Made by a program: the position numbers and the translations under genes | IMG/VR virus record: IMGVR_UViG_3300035530_000034 | Coordinates: 1 to 35,438 of that record | Reading direction: 5' to 3' (one strand) | Length of the DNA: 35,438 nt | Source: a virus | Taxonomy: Duplodnaviria > Caudoviricetes | Part shown: positions 27,671-35,438 of the stretch, piece after piece | Numbering within the stretch: position 1 is the first letter of the stretch | How the letters are laid out: each line of letters opens with the position of its first letter | The notes under the pieces: generated by a model | Seen by the model: the letters and a program-made list of their open reading frames with translations, nothing else | The model's database searches: none | What the model was told of the DNA's origin: nothing

Positions 27671-28996
27671 CTATTTTTGTTCAAGTCGTATTGATAAAGT
27701 GGCAGAACAATCAAATATATATTCATTTACTCGACCAATACAAGTAAATTCGTACTTTATATGATTACACAATCCTGTTCGGACATCATACCTACCATCG
27801 TCATCATAATGATAAATAGTTTTATGTCCTGGTTCTATCTCGAACCATGTACTATGCACCCACCCCAACACTAACACTGTAGCATTGATAGCTTCTAATC
27901 GACTAGTCTCTTTAAATATATTAATTGTTGGATTTCTATATTTTTGATAATATAGATTTTTCATCATCCCTTTTTTAGTCGTAGTCTCAGCAGTAACTGT
28001 ATTCTTATTCTTTATATCTACACCCCTAGAACCTTTATACTCTTGAAACATATCTAACATAGTATCAGCTCTTATAAAGGATGTCGCATTACCAACCTCT
28101 TCTTGACCAAGTTCAGATAAGTTGATAGTATCAGTAGGAGTATTAGATACTACATGTATATCTTCATTTTTATAAGTATGGTAACCCTCTAAACCTGCAT
28201 ATTGATTCTGAGGCACATTGTACAAATTTAAAGACTTTGGCTTATTTGGATTAACTTCATATGGAGGATAGATATAGAGAACTCCATTTGTATAATAATA
28301 AGTCAATCCTTTAAAGTAAACACCATACCTATTTTGTAAGTATGTAAATAGGGAAGAAAAATCGTGTCCAGGCGGAATAATTATATGATCGTATACAGTA
28401 GTATTGTCTGGTTCTATTAAAGAAAGTTTAACAATTCCATACGCTGCCGTAATATATTCAATTACCTGCTTAACTGTCACTTTGCTAAACATGCCATTGA
28501 ATTGTTGGTGTCTTAAATTGTACGCATTTACTTCCAACAATTGAAATACTACATTTATACGAGAAGCTATCTGATCGTCATACTGAGGACTGGTATCTTT
28601 ATTCTGATATGACGATATATGAAATTGTTTTGACAAATCTTTAGTATTTTTAATAATTCCTTTATATTGGTATATCTCCGGTAATTTTGATATACTAGAT
28701 TGATTAGTAATATGATCGATATATAAAAACTTAAGACTGATAGTTATATCCTGATGATGTTCAATTAACTTAACGTATTCGGCAGGATGCATTGATACTA
28801 CCAATTCTATATCATCCATATAGTTAGCTTCAAAGTTTTGATCTATAGATATTTCTTCTAATATTGTATTTTCTATAACGATATCTGGATAATCGCTGAT
28901 TGATATAATGTAATCAATTTTCATTATATTACTAGTAGCATTATTAATCACATCGTCAATACGAGACGATAATTGTTTACTTAGTTGATACAACAC
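27671..28996 (-). CDS. Virion structural protein, probable baseplate hub/tail component (phiKZ gp101-like)
   Basis: DQNFEANYMDDI, EPDN..VYDHIIIPPG....LFTYLQNRYGVY..GL.YYY...LYIYPPY; last of a four-gene overlapping operon. Confidence 0.6.
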   Translation of the reverse strand: MLYQLSKQLSSRIDDVINNATSNIMKIDYIISISDYPDIVIENTILEEISIDQNFEANYMDDIELVVSMHPAEYVKLIEHHQDITISLKFLYIDHITNQSSISKLPEIYQYKGIIKNTKDLSKQFHISSYQNKDTSPQYDDQIASRINVVFQLLEVNAYNLRHQQFNGMFSKVTVKQVIEYITAAYGIVKLSLIEPDNTTVYDHIIIPPGHDFSSLFTYLQNRYGVYFKGLTYYYTNGVLYIYPPYEVNPNKPKSLNLYNVPQNQYAGLEGYHTYKNEDIHVVSNTPTDTINLSELGQEEVGNATSFIRADTMLDMFQEYKGSRGVDIKNKNTVTAETTTKKGMMKNLYYQKYRNPTINIFKETSRLEAINATVLVLGWVHSTWFEIEPGHKTIYHYDDDGRYDVRTGLCNHIKYEFTCIGRVNEYIFDCSATLSIRLEQK

Positions 28997-29495
28997 GATA
29001 TTTCTCCGTTATTGCATCGGCCTGTTCACCTTGGCCCATTATAATTAAAAATAGATTTTTATTAACATAATCCTTTTCAAAGAACTTATCATTATGCATC
29101 AACTTCTTACAGTTGTTAGTAAGCTCTTGTTGAAATGTTGATAATTTTTCTAAATACGCATGAGCTTGTGGATTCTCTTTATGTAGATATAATTCATTTA
29201 CATACATATCAAGATATTCTTTTATTTTAATATTATCTCCAACATTGATCAACGAAAAGGGAACATTGTTAGCGCGCATATCGATCATCTGCGATATAGT
29301 AGCTACAGATCTACCCATAGCATGACTTTCTTCGCAATATGTCGATTCTAATTCCCCGTTCAATATAGGATCGGGTAGTGTAGTATAATAAATAGGAGAA
29401 ATTACTTCAAACGGTCTATTGTTAATAAATTCAACCGCTGACAGATATACCTTTTCCCCCTCATACGACTTATATGTCCTATTCTGTGGTAACAT
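28977..29495 (-). CDS. Hypothetical protein (phiKZ gp100-like by position)
   Basis: 172-aa ORF, GGGAGG RBS, TISQMIDM motif, overlaps next gene. Confidence 0.65.
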   Translation of the reverse strand: MLPQNRTYKSYEGEKVYLSAVEFINNRPFEVISPIYYTTLPDPILNGELESTYCEESHAMGRSVATISQMIDMRANNVPFSLINVGDNIKIKEYLDMYVNELYLHKENPQAHAYLEKLSTFQQELTNNCKKLMHNDKFFEKDYVNKNLFLIIMGQGEQADAITEKYRVVSTK

Positions 29496-29516
29496 AATAA
29501 TTGATATACCTCCCCG

Positions 29517-30785
29517 TTATGTAATGTTGGAAATAGCTACATCTATAAGGTATATATAGAGGCATATGTAATAAAATGCTGACAGCTGATCTAAACTTCT
29601 AAACTCTTTCAGATGGACCTCGATTAACTTATGTATATCTAAACTGGTATAGTCGGCAATTGTATCATACAACATAATCTCCAATTCTGTCATATTGGAT
29701 TTATCGCCAATATAAAAGGATTTAGATAAAACATATGTTTCTTCTTCATTCGGATCAATTACCAACAATTCCTCTTTCTTAGTATTGATTAATTCACTAT
29801 CGTCCAAATGAATAAATTGTCTATTGAGTAATCCAGTAATATTAGCATCCCATAATTCAGAAGTACTCCGTAATGTATAAAACTTATATCGCAAAGAATC
29901 GACATCACAATGTACAGCTCCAGTTAATAAGAACCAAATAGATGAGTAATAATCGGTTGCTTCAGGATATATTTGCATAGGTAATTCGGGGACATCTAAA
30001 TAAGATACTTTAGCTTGAATAAATTCAACTATATATGGATCATAAATTCCATCTAATCTCATAATTGTGTTATATTCTTTATAGTAATAAGTTTGAAAGA
30101 AATATTGTATTAATAATTCTCTATATCTACGAAGTGTACGCAATTGGGCATAACTATCAGTTGTCAATAATGTAGCATTATGTGATAAATACTTTTGTTT
30201 ATCGAAATAAAGTTCTTCACTAACTGACTGGTTTAATTTTTCAATATTTCCAAGTTCTTCATCTGCATATTCAACCAACCTAAAAGATGCTTTATGATAT
30301 GTACCTTGTTGAATAGATAATCTAGTAATATTGTCAATAACAAAAATACCTATTTGACTATCTGGTAATGCATACAGAAAAACATCTCCTACATACGGAT
30401 TAAGTCCTGGATATATTAGTCCCGATCCTACAATAGTCATAACTGTAGTTTCTTCGTCGTATGAAATATCTAACTGTCCCTCTAGTCTTAATTCAAAATC
30501 GTGAATAAGACTATACTCATCATGTACGCTATGTCGAAAAATAGTATAATCAATTTCTCCAGTTTGAGAAATTATAGGTGCTGACCTGTGATAATATTCA
30601 ACATCAATAGGAGCCCCATCTGCATATCCCATCAAAGTACCATATACAGAATTATATCTATCTGGAGAGATAGCAGTTCTATTGATAAACGTATCCTTTA
30701 CATCAGCTTCTCCATCTTTAATAATCTTAGATTTATCTTGTTGTGATAGTATATCTACCGACTCGGAATGGGTAGCTAAAGCCAT
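29517..30785 (-). CDS. Virion structural protein (phiKZ gp99-like)
   Basis: LMGYADGAPIDVEYY...Y.LIHDFELRL...G.IYPGLNPYVGDVF...YDPYIVEF pattern; 53-nt overlap with upstream gene. Confidence 0.65.
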   Translation of the reverse strand: MALATHSESVDILSQQDKSKIIKDGEADVKDTFINRTAISPDRYNSVYGTLMGYADGAPIDVEYYHRSAPIISQTGEIDYTIFRHSVHDEYSLIHDFELRLEGQLDISYDEETTVMTIVGSGLIYPGLNPYVGDVFLYALPDSQIGIFVIDNITRLSIQQGTYHKASFRLVEYADEELGNIEKLNQSVSEELYFDKQKYLSHNATLLTTDSYAQLRTLRRYRELLIQYFFQTYYYKEYNTIMRLDGIYDPYIVEFIQAKVSYLDVPELPMQIYPEATDYYSSIWFLLTGAVHCDVDSLRYKFYTLRSTSELWDANITGLLNRQFIHLDDSELINTKKEELLVIDPNEEETYVLSKSFYIGDKSNMTELEIMLYDTIADYTSLDIHKLIEVHLKEFRSLDQLSAFYYICLYIYLIDVAISNIT

Positions 30786-32373
30786 TTGTGCCTCCTTGTC
30801 CTTCCAATAAAGGTCTATTGGCTTTGGAAACCAATAGTTGTTTGTCTTCTATCTCTTTATAGCCATCTAAACTCTCATATGTCGTAGCGTTAGTGGGTGT
30901 ATATCTATCTCTATTGGGATATACTAATCCATTATCTACGTAAATATCTCCTCGGGATTTTAATGCATCCAATTGCCTAATAATTGTAGATGCAAAAAAA
31001 TCATCATACTTTAATAATATAGGCACATATCTAGAATTGAGATTTCTTATTTCTGTTAGTTCACTTATAACGATATGATATCGTTTGTGTTTAATAGTAG
31101 ATTTAACATATACGATTAAGTCTTGATCTATATCTAATAGGGAAGGATCTACTTGTACATCATTAGCATATATGGATATATTAAATAATGCATCAATATT
31201 AAAAGATGATTTACCTTGAAGTCTTAATGTTTCTATAAGAATTGGATGTAATTTACTTTCATCCGGCAATTCATTTATCAGATCTATTTTTGACACATGT
31301 TCTCCTTCTGGAGATTCCGGATCTAATAATAATGTTCCTATAAAAAATGGTTTATATGGATTATTGTGAATATTATTATTATATGTAGGAATATCCCAAT
31401 CATCAAAAGCTGGATATCTAACTACATGTTGTATATATTTATCAATATAACGTTTAGATATATATTGTTGCATAACTACATCGACATCTACCCCCTCTAC
31501 ATCTGTAGGATGATAAGGGGTAGTAGGTGGACATATATCTACTGGTATCAATTTATTTTCTATCGTAGTGGGATAATATAGAGCTAAGATATTAGGTCTA
31601 GAAAATTGATAATAAAAAGATGTAGATATATTCCAGACATCTGGTAATTTATTAATCTTTTGAGAGTCAGGTTGTTCGACAGAAGTGAGTAATTCTGATA
31701 ATACTCTAAATTGATTTTTCTGAATGACTATCTGCGTATTATCGTTATTTCTAGATTTTAAATAACTAATATTGTCATTACTACCACACTTTAAATATTT
31801 AGAAAATGTCATATCAGTATTAAACTCTTTCATTTGGTATAAAATGTGTAGAGCTTTAAGGGTAGCAATAGGAAAAGGATACGAATAATATATGTCATTA
31901 TATTCAATTATAGATCCAGTATAGTGTCTACTATAGATAGCATCTAAAGTTTGATAAGCTATTTCTTTATACTTAAATGCAAATTGTATATTAAGATTTA
32001 CTGAACAAGGTACTAATTGTTCTTGTAGATGTATATCAGCTCGCTTATCTACAAAAAGTGAATGATTTTCATACCTATCAAATAGAGTAGTTCCGTGCGC
32101 TGGAGTATATTTAGAAGTAGTCATAGGCCACTTTACATCTGCACTATTGAAGTTAGGAAGTACCTCTATATCTACTCTATTCGTAGTCAACTTGGGACGA
32201 TGGTTTTTATCACTAGTTTGAGATGCAGCACTCCCCGGACTGTTATAATAAATTGATCCTTTTACTATATCCCAAATTCCTAATGTTGTAAATAATTTTT
32301 GAATAAGTTGTTCGGATATTGGTTGAATCATGTGAGTAATAGACTCATCAATTACTTTATAGAACGATGGCAT
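30733..32373 (-). CDS. Virion structural protein (phiKZ gp98-like)
   Basis: 546 aa; YYSYPFP, Y.FSRP....YYP..IENKLIP, RYPAFDDW, LFNISIY pattern; AGGAGG RBS. Confidence 0.65.
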   Translation of the reverse strand: MPSFYKVIDESITHMIQPISEQLIQKLFTTLGIWDIVKGSIYYNSPGSAASQTSDKNHRPKLTTNRVDIEVLPNFNSADVKWPMTTSKYTPAHGTTLFDRYENHSLFVDKRADIHLQEQLVPCSVNLNIQFAFKYKEIAYQTLDAIYSRHYTGSIIEYNDIYYSYPFPIATLKALHILYQMKEFNTDMTFSKYLKCGSNDNISYLKSRNNDNTQIVIQKNQFRVLSELLTSVEQPDSQKINKLPDVWNISTSFYYQFSRPNILALYYPTTIENKLIPVDICPPTTPYHPTDVEGVDVDVVMQQYISKRYIDKYIQHVVRYPAFDDWDIPTYNNNIHNNPYKPFFIGTLLLDPESPEGEHVSKIDLINELPDESKLHPILIETLRLQGKSSFNIDALFNISIYANDVQVDPSLLDIDQDLIVYVKSTIKHKRYHIVISELTEIRNLNSRYVPILLKYDDFFASTIIRQLDALKSRGDIYVDNGLVYPNRDRYTPTNATTYESLDGYKEIEDKQLLVSKANRPLLEGQGGTNGFSYPFRVGRYTITTR

Positions 32374-32514
32374 AATATTTATCCTCCTATACGATGGATA
32401 ACTTATATTATTTGCGATTATAGAATTAGACCATTTTATACTAGAACTAACATTTAAATAAATTTCTTGTTATCCACATGTAGATATAAAATTTTATGAA
32501 AAGGAGAATTTGGT

Positions 32515-33639
32515 ATGTTAGAAGAAATTAATGCACTTATGCAAGTAAATAATGGAACTTACGGTGAATGGAATTTGGTCGATATCGTTATTCCAAAAGG
32601 TCTATTAGTATATGCTACTGATACTCAACAATTTAAGTTAGGTGATGGCAATACTCTTTATGTTCATCTCCCCGTATTTTTTGATGCTAAAGTTGCAGGC
32701 GATGTAGAAACTTTTAAAAATAATTTTCCTGCGATTTCACAAAATGATGCTAATAAATTACTAGTAGTAAATGGAACTGGAGATGCTTTCACTTTAGCAA
32801 ATTTTACTATTCACGATTTGGCAACTATAACAGCGATGGATGCCATTTTAAATAATAAAGCAGCATCTGAACACAATCACATAATAAATGACATTGAAGG
32901 TATCCGTACTGCAGCTACTAGAGACGTCGGAAATGACATTGGACAAATTCCAGTTATTGGATCTGATGGTAAATTAGATCCTTCTGTAGTTCCTATGGTT
33001 GGCGTTGAATCGTTAGGAAAAGATGATATTATTACTTGGTTAGTAATGAAGCAGCTAATTGAAGATAATCAAATAAAAATGAATACTCCGAATGGTTATG
33101 CTGACGAATTCGAAGACGAAAGTCATATGGATATTACTAAACACGTTGGTGCTACATACAATTCATATGATAAAGCTTATACTATCACCGAAGGTGTTAT
33201 CCAATCGTTAAGTGAAACTTTAGAAGTATCTCCAACTATTGTTCATACGTTTTTCCGATCCACTCACATGAATGCAAATATCGATTTCTTTTTTGAAATT
33301 TCTAGAGATGGTGGTACCAATTGGGCATATACTCCAATCCAGAAATTACGATTATCCGGAGATGATATAGAAATTTATAGTGGCGATTGTATGTTCGATT
33401 CTACTAATGCAAGCAAATCACTCGTTCCTAGTGATTTTTCTATTACTGACGACAAAGGAAGTATTACTCAATTTATTGTAGATACTCCTTTTACTAGTGG
33501 ACATTTTGATACTGCAGCTGTAGGAATTGAAGAAGGATCTTTTATGACTATTTCTGAAATCGGTACAGTAATTATTACTGGTATAGATGGTGACGGTACA
33601 GTTGAAAATAGTGTAACATATACTAGTGATGGTATATAG
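32515..33639 (+). CDS. Tail fibre/appendage protein with Mtd_N/hyaluronidase-type N-terminal anchor motif
   Basis: W......IPKG...YATDTQQFKLGDGNTLYVHLP; fibre motifs KAASEHNH.I.DI.G, TAATRDVG...GQIPV..SDGKLD; EISRDGGTNW (BNR-like). Confidence 0.75.
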   Translation: MLEEINALMQVNNGTYGEWNLVDIVIPKGLLVYATDTQQFKLGDGNTLYVHLPVFFDAKVAGDVETFKNNFPAISQNDANKLLVVNGTGDAFTLANFTIHDLATITAMDAILNNKAASEHNHIINDIEGIRTAATRDVGNDIGQIPVIGSDGKLDPSVVPMVGVESLGKDDIITWLVMKQLIEDNQIKMNTPNGYADEFEDESHMDITKHVGATYNSYDKAYTITEGVIQSLSETLEVSPTIVHTFFRSTHMNANIDFFFEISRDGGTNWAYTPIQKLRLSGDDIEIYSGDCMFDSTNASKSLVPSDFSITDDKGSITQFIVDTPFTSGHFDTAAVGIEEGSFMTISEIGTVIITGIDGDGTVENSVTYTSDGI

Positions 33640-33665
33640 CTAGTATTATAAGGGGATTATAAGAT

Positions 33666-34241
33666 ATGGAATCTGGAACTTATACAGTAGAACGTATTTC
33701 TAAAGTATCTGATACTTTAGGTTCATCTCAGGTAGGACTTTTTGGTAAAGTGGGAGCGATAAGTAAGTATACTATTGATGCCACTAAGATCAAATCTATT
33801 ATAATGGATGAAGAATTAAATAACGAATCTATATATTACACCCTTCAATTTGGTACAACATACAAAATTTATAAAGATGGAGTATGGAAAAGTATCGTTA
33901 GAAATAATGTTGATACTTATGAATATTTGAATATTTCCGGATTGTGGGTAACGGCTCCTGAAAATACTAGCGAATCGGCCTTATACGCCGCCAGCTTAAT
34001 AGCTACTAACCAAATGACTATAACTACATTAAATAATATTCCTTCAACTGCATATGGAGAAACTCCAGAATCAATTACAGTAATCTTCGGACCTACTAGC
34101 GAAGGTAATTGTATCTTGGAAGGTAAGCTTATAGCTACTTCTGAAGAATATTCTCCGGAAGGAACTGATATTCGATGGAGGATTACATCTACATCGCCAA
34201 ATCCCGTTACTGTACACGGCGTAGCTTTAAATTGGAATTAA
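33666..34241 (+). CDS. Tail-associated beta-rich protein, possibly the C-terminal part of the preceding fibre
   Basis: 191-aa ORF with AAGGGG RBS; ends GTDIRWRITST...VHGVALNWN. Confidence 0.65.
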   Translation: MESGTYTVERISKVSDTLGSSQVGLFGKVGAISKYTIDATKIKSIIMDEELNNESIYYTLQFGTTYKIYKDGVWKSIVRNNVDTYEYLNISGLWVTAPENTSESALYAASLIATNQMTITTLNNIPSTAYGETPESITVIFGPTSEGNCILEGKLIATSEEYSPEGTDIRWRITSTSPNPVTVHGVALNWN

Positions 34242-34250
34242 TACAATTAC

Positions 34251-34282
34251 AAGAGTCTCTCCCCTATTCGGGAGAGACTCTT
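34251..34282 (+). terminator. Intrinsic terminator
   Basis: aagagtctctccc/gggagagactctt stem followed by T-rich sequence. Confidence 0.75.
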
Positions 34283-34391
34283 GTTTACATTTGACATTTT
34301 ATTATGGATATATACTAATTACCTTAAAACATATTATAACTTATATTCAATTGTATATCAAACTCAGAATATATATAAGGAGAAACTAATT

Positions 34392-35153
34392 ATGATTAAC
34401 ATAAATGCATTATGCTCATTCCCATCAGGTACTGATGCAGAATGGCGGATGCTAACTACTCCACTACCTGTAAATAATATATTTTATGCTACAGACACTA
34501 ACATCCTAAAACGTGGTGATGGAATACATCTGTGGGAAGAATTACCTACATTTTTAGATATCGATGCGATAGATACAACTAACGAATATTTAGAAAAAAT
34601 GATTCCTTTGGATGGGACGCATATATCTAAAATGTTAATGACTTCAGAAGATGGAAAATCTATAATACCGACAATTATATCTCCTGAGGAAAATATCCCT
34701 ACAGGAATTACTATACTTTGGTTTACTGAAACTCCACCTAACGGGTTTTTAGAATTAGATGGTTCGTGGTTATCTAAAACTACATACGATAAATTATATA
34801 CGATTTTAGGCGACACTTATGGAAGTACAGATACACAATTTAAACTCCCAGATACACGAGGACAATTTGTACGTGGGTGGTCTCACGGTACATCTACTGA
34901 TCCTGACCAAAATTCACGTACAGACCGGGGAGATACTACTACGGGAGATCATGTCGGTACTACTCAAACTGATGAAATTAAAGCTCATGATCATAATACC
35001 TTATGTAATACTAGAACATATGAACGAGATACTAGAACTACACTTTATGGTACTTGGTATTCTAAACGGGCAGGGGATTTAACTGTCGAGTCGACTGGGG
35101 GATCTGAAACTAGACCTAAAAATATCAACGTAATGTTTTGTATTAAATATTGA
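34392..35153 (+). CDS. Tail fibre protein: Mtd_N-like anchor plus phage tail collar domain
   Basis: Start moved to ATG 34392 (AAGGAGA RBS); YATDTNILKRGDGIHLWEELP; collar motif PTG....W.TETPPNGFLELDG...Y..LY..LG.TYG...FKLPD.RGQFVRGW; ends ETRPKNINVMFCIKY. Confidence 0.9.
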   Translation: MININALCSFPSGTDAEWRMLTTPLPVNNIFYATDTNILKRGDGIHLWEELPTFLDIDAIDTTNEYLEKMIPLDGTHISKMLMTSEDGKSIIPTIISPEENIPTGITILWFTETPPNGFLELDGSWLSKTTYDKLYTILGDTYGSTDTQFKLPDTRGQFVRGWSHGTSTDPDQNSRTDRGDTTTGDHVGTTQTDEIKAHDHNTLCNTRTYERDTRTTLYGTWYSKRAGDLTVESTGGSETRPKNINVMFCIKY

Positions 35154-35167
35154 GGAGTTTATGTATA

Positions 35168-35438
35168 ATGCCAGCACCTAACATATACAATTATCATGAC
35201 ATTACTTTTGAATATATAAATACTAGTATTGCTAAATTGGATCCACTAGAAACTATACATAGTGGAGTAGAAACTTATTTATTACCAGCAAATGCTACAT
35301 TTGTAGAGATTCCTACATATACTAATAATCAGATTCCTGTTTTTGATGTACTTACCAATTCGTGGTCGTTAGCTGAAGATTATAGAAATGCCCAAGTATG
35401 GAATAGTGATGGTGATCCTGTTACAATTATGGAATTGG
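35168..35438 (+). CDS. Tail fibre assembly chaperone (Tfa-like), runs off the right edge
   Basis: Not in ORF track. MPAPNIYNYHDITFEYI....DPLE....YLLPANATFVEIP.......VFD....WSLAEDYR, typical Tfa N-terminus, directly after the collar-domain fibre. Confidence 0.8.
   Translation, partial: MPAPNIYNYHDITFEYINTSIAKLDPLETIHSGVETYLLPANATFVEIPTYTNNQIPVFDVLTNSWSLAEDYRNAQVWNSDGDPVTIMEL

Noticed and set aside
33628-33668. Stop-codon readthrough, recoded TAG or ribosomal bypass joining the two tail ORFs
   Set aside because: An in-frame TAA follows three codons after the TAG, no in-frame landing codon matches the pre-stop ATA, and ORF2 has its own RBS; other genes are intact under the standard code
26124-34391. 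phiKZ-type late promoter TATG upstream of structural genes (near 26397, 32495, 34303)
   Set aside because: A 4-mer in very AT-rich DNA cannot be told from chance without transcription start data
32515-35438. Diversity-generating retroelement suggested by Mtd_N-like domains
   Set aside because: No reverse transcriptase and no TR/VR repeat pair seen in the window; Mtd_N is only an anchor domain
1-35438. CRISPR array, tRNA, rRNA or IS elements
   Set aside because: No regularly spaced direct repeats, cloverleaf or transposase motifs recognised by eye; intergenic gaps are short and explained by terminators and promoters

Overview
AT-rich, densely coding fragment of a phiKZ-like jumbo bacteriophage (Chimalliviridae, nucleus-forming type), standard genetic code. 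From about 26.1 kb leftward a long minus-strand block reproduces the phage-nucleus core cluster: chimallin-like shell protein (ChmA), non-virion RNA polymerase (nvRNAP) beta' N-part, conserved phiKZ gp59-gp66-like genes including an SbcD/Mre11 nuclease, a ChmC-like protein, a gp68-like nvRNAP subunit, a PicA/Imp1-like import factor, a gp70-like protein with a low-complexity tail, nvRNAP beta C-part and beta' C-part, an SF2 helicase and an NAD-dependent DNA ligase. The ORF track truncates the beta' N-part gene. Its catalytic NADFDGD motif is split by a 524-nt group I intron (22144-22667) with no intact endonuclease, and the missing 58-aa exon 2 lies at 21967-22143. The core block also holds an unassigned gene between the gp68-like and PicA-like genes, a terminator-flanked CLec/DUF1566-like gene next to chmA, and a baseplate spike cassette. 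The right end carries virion structural and tail-fibre genes. Family assignments come from recalled motifs plus gene order, not database searches.
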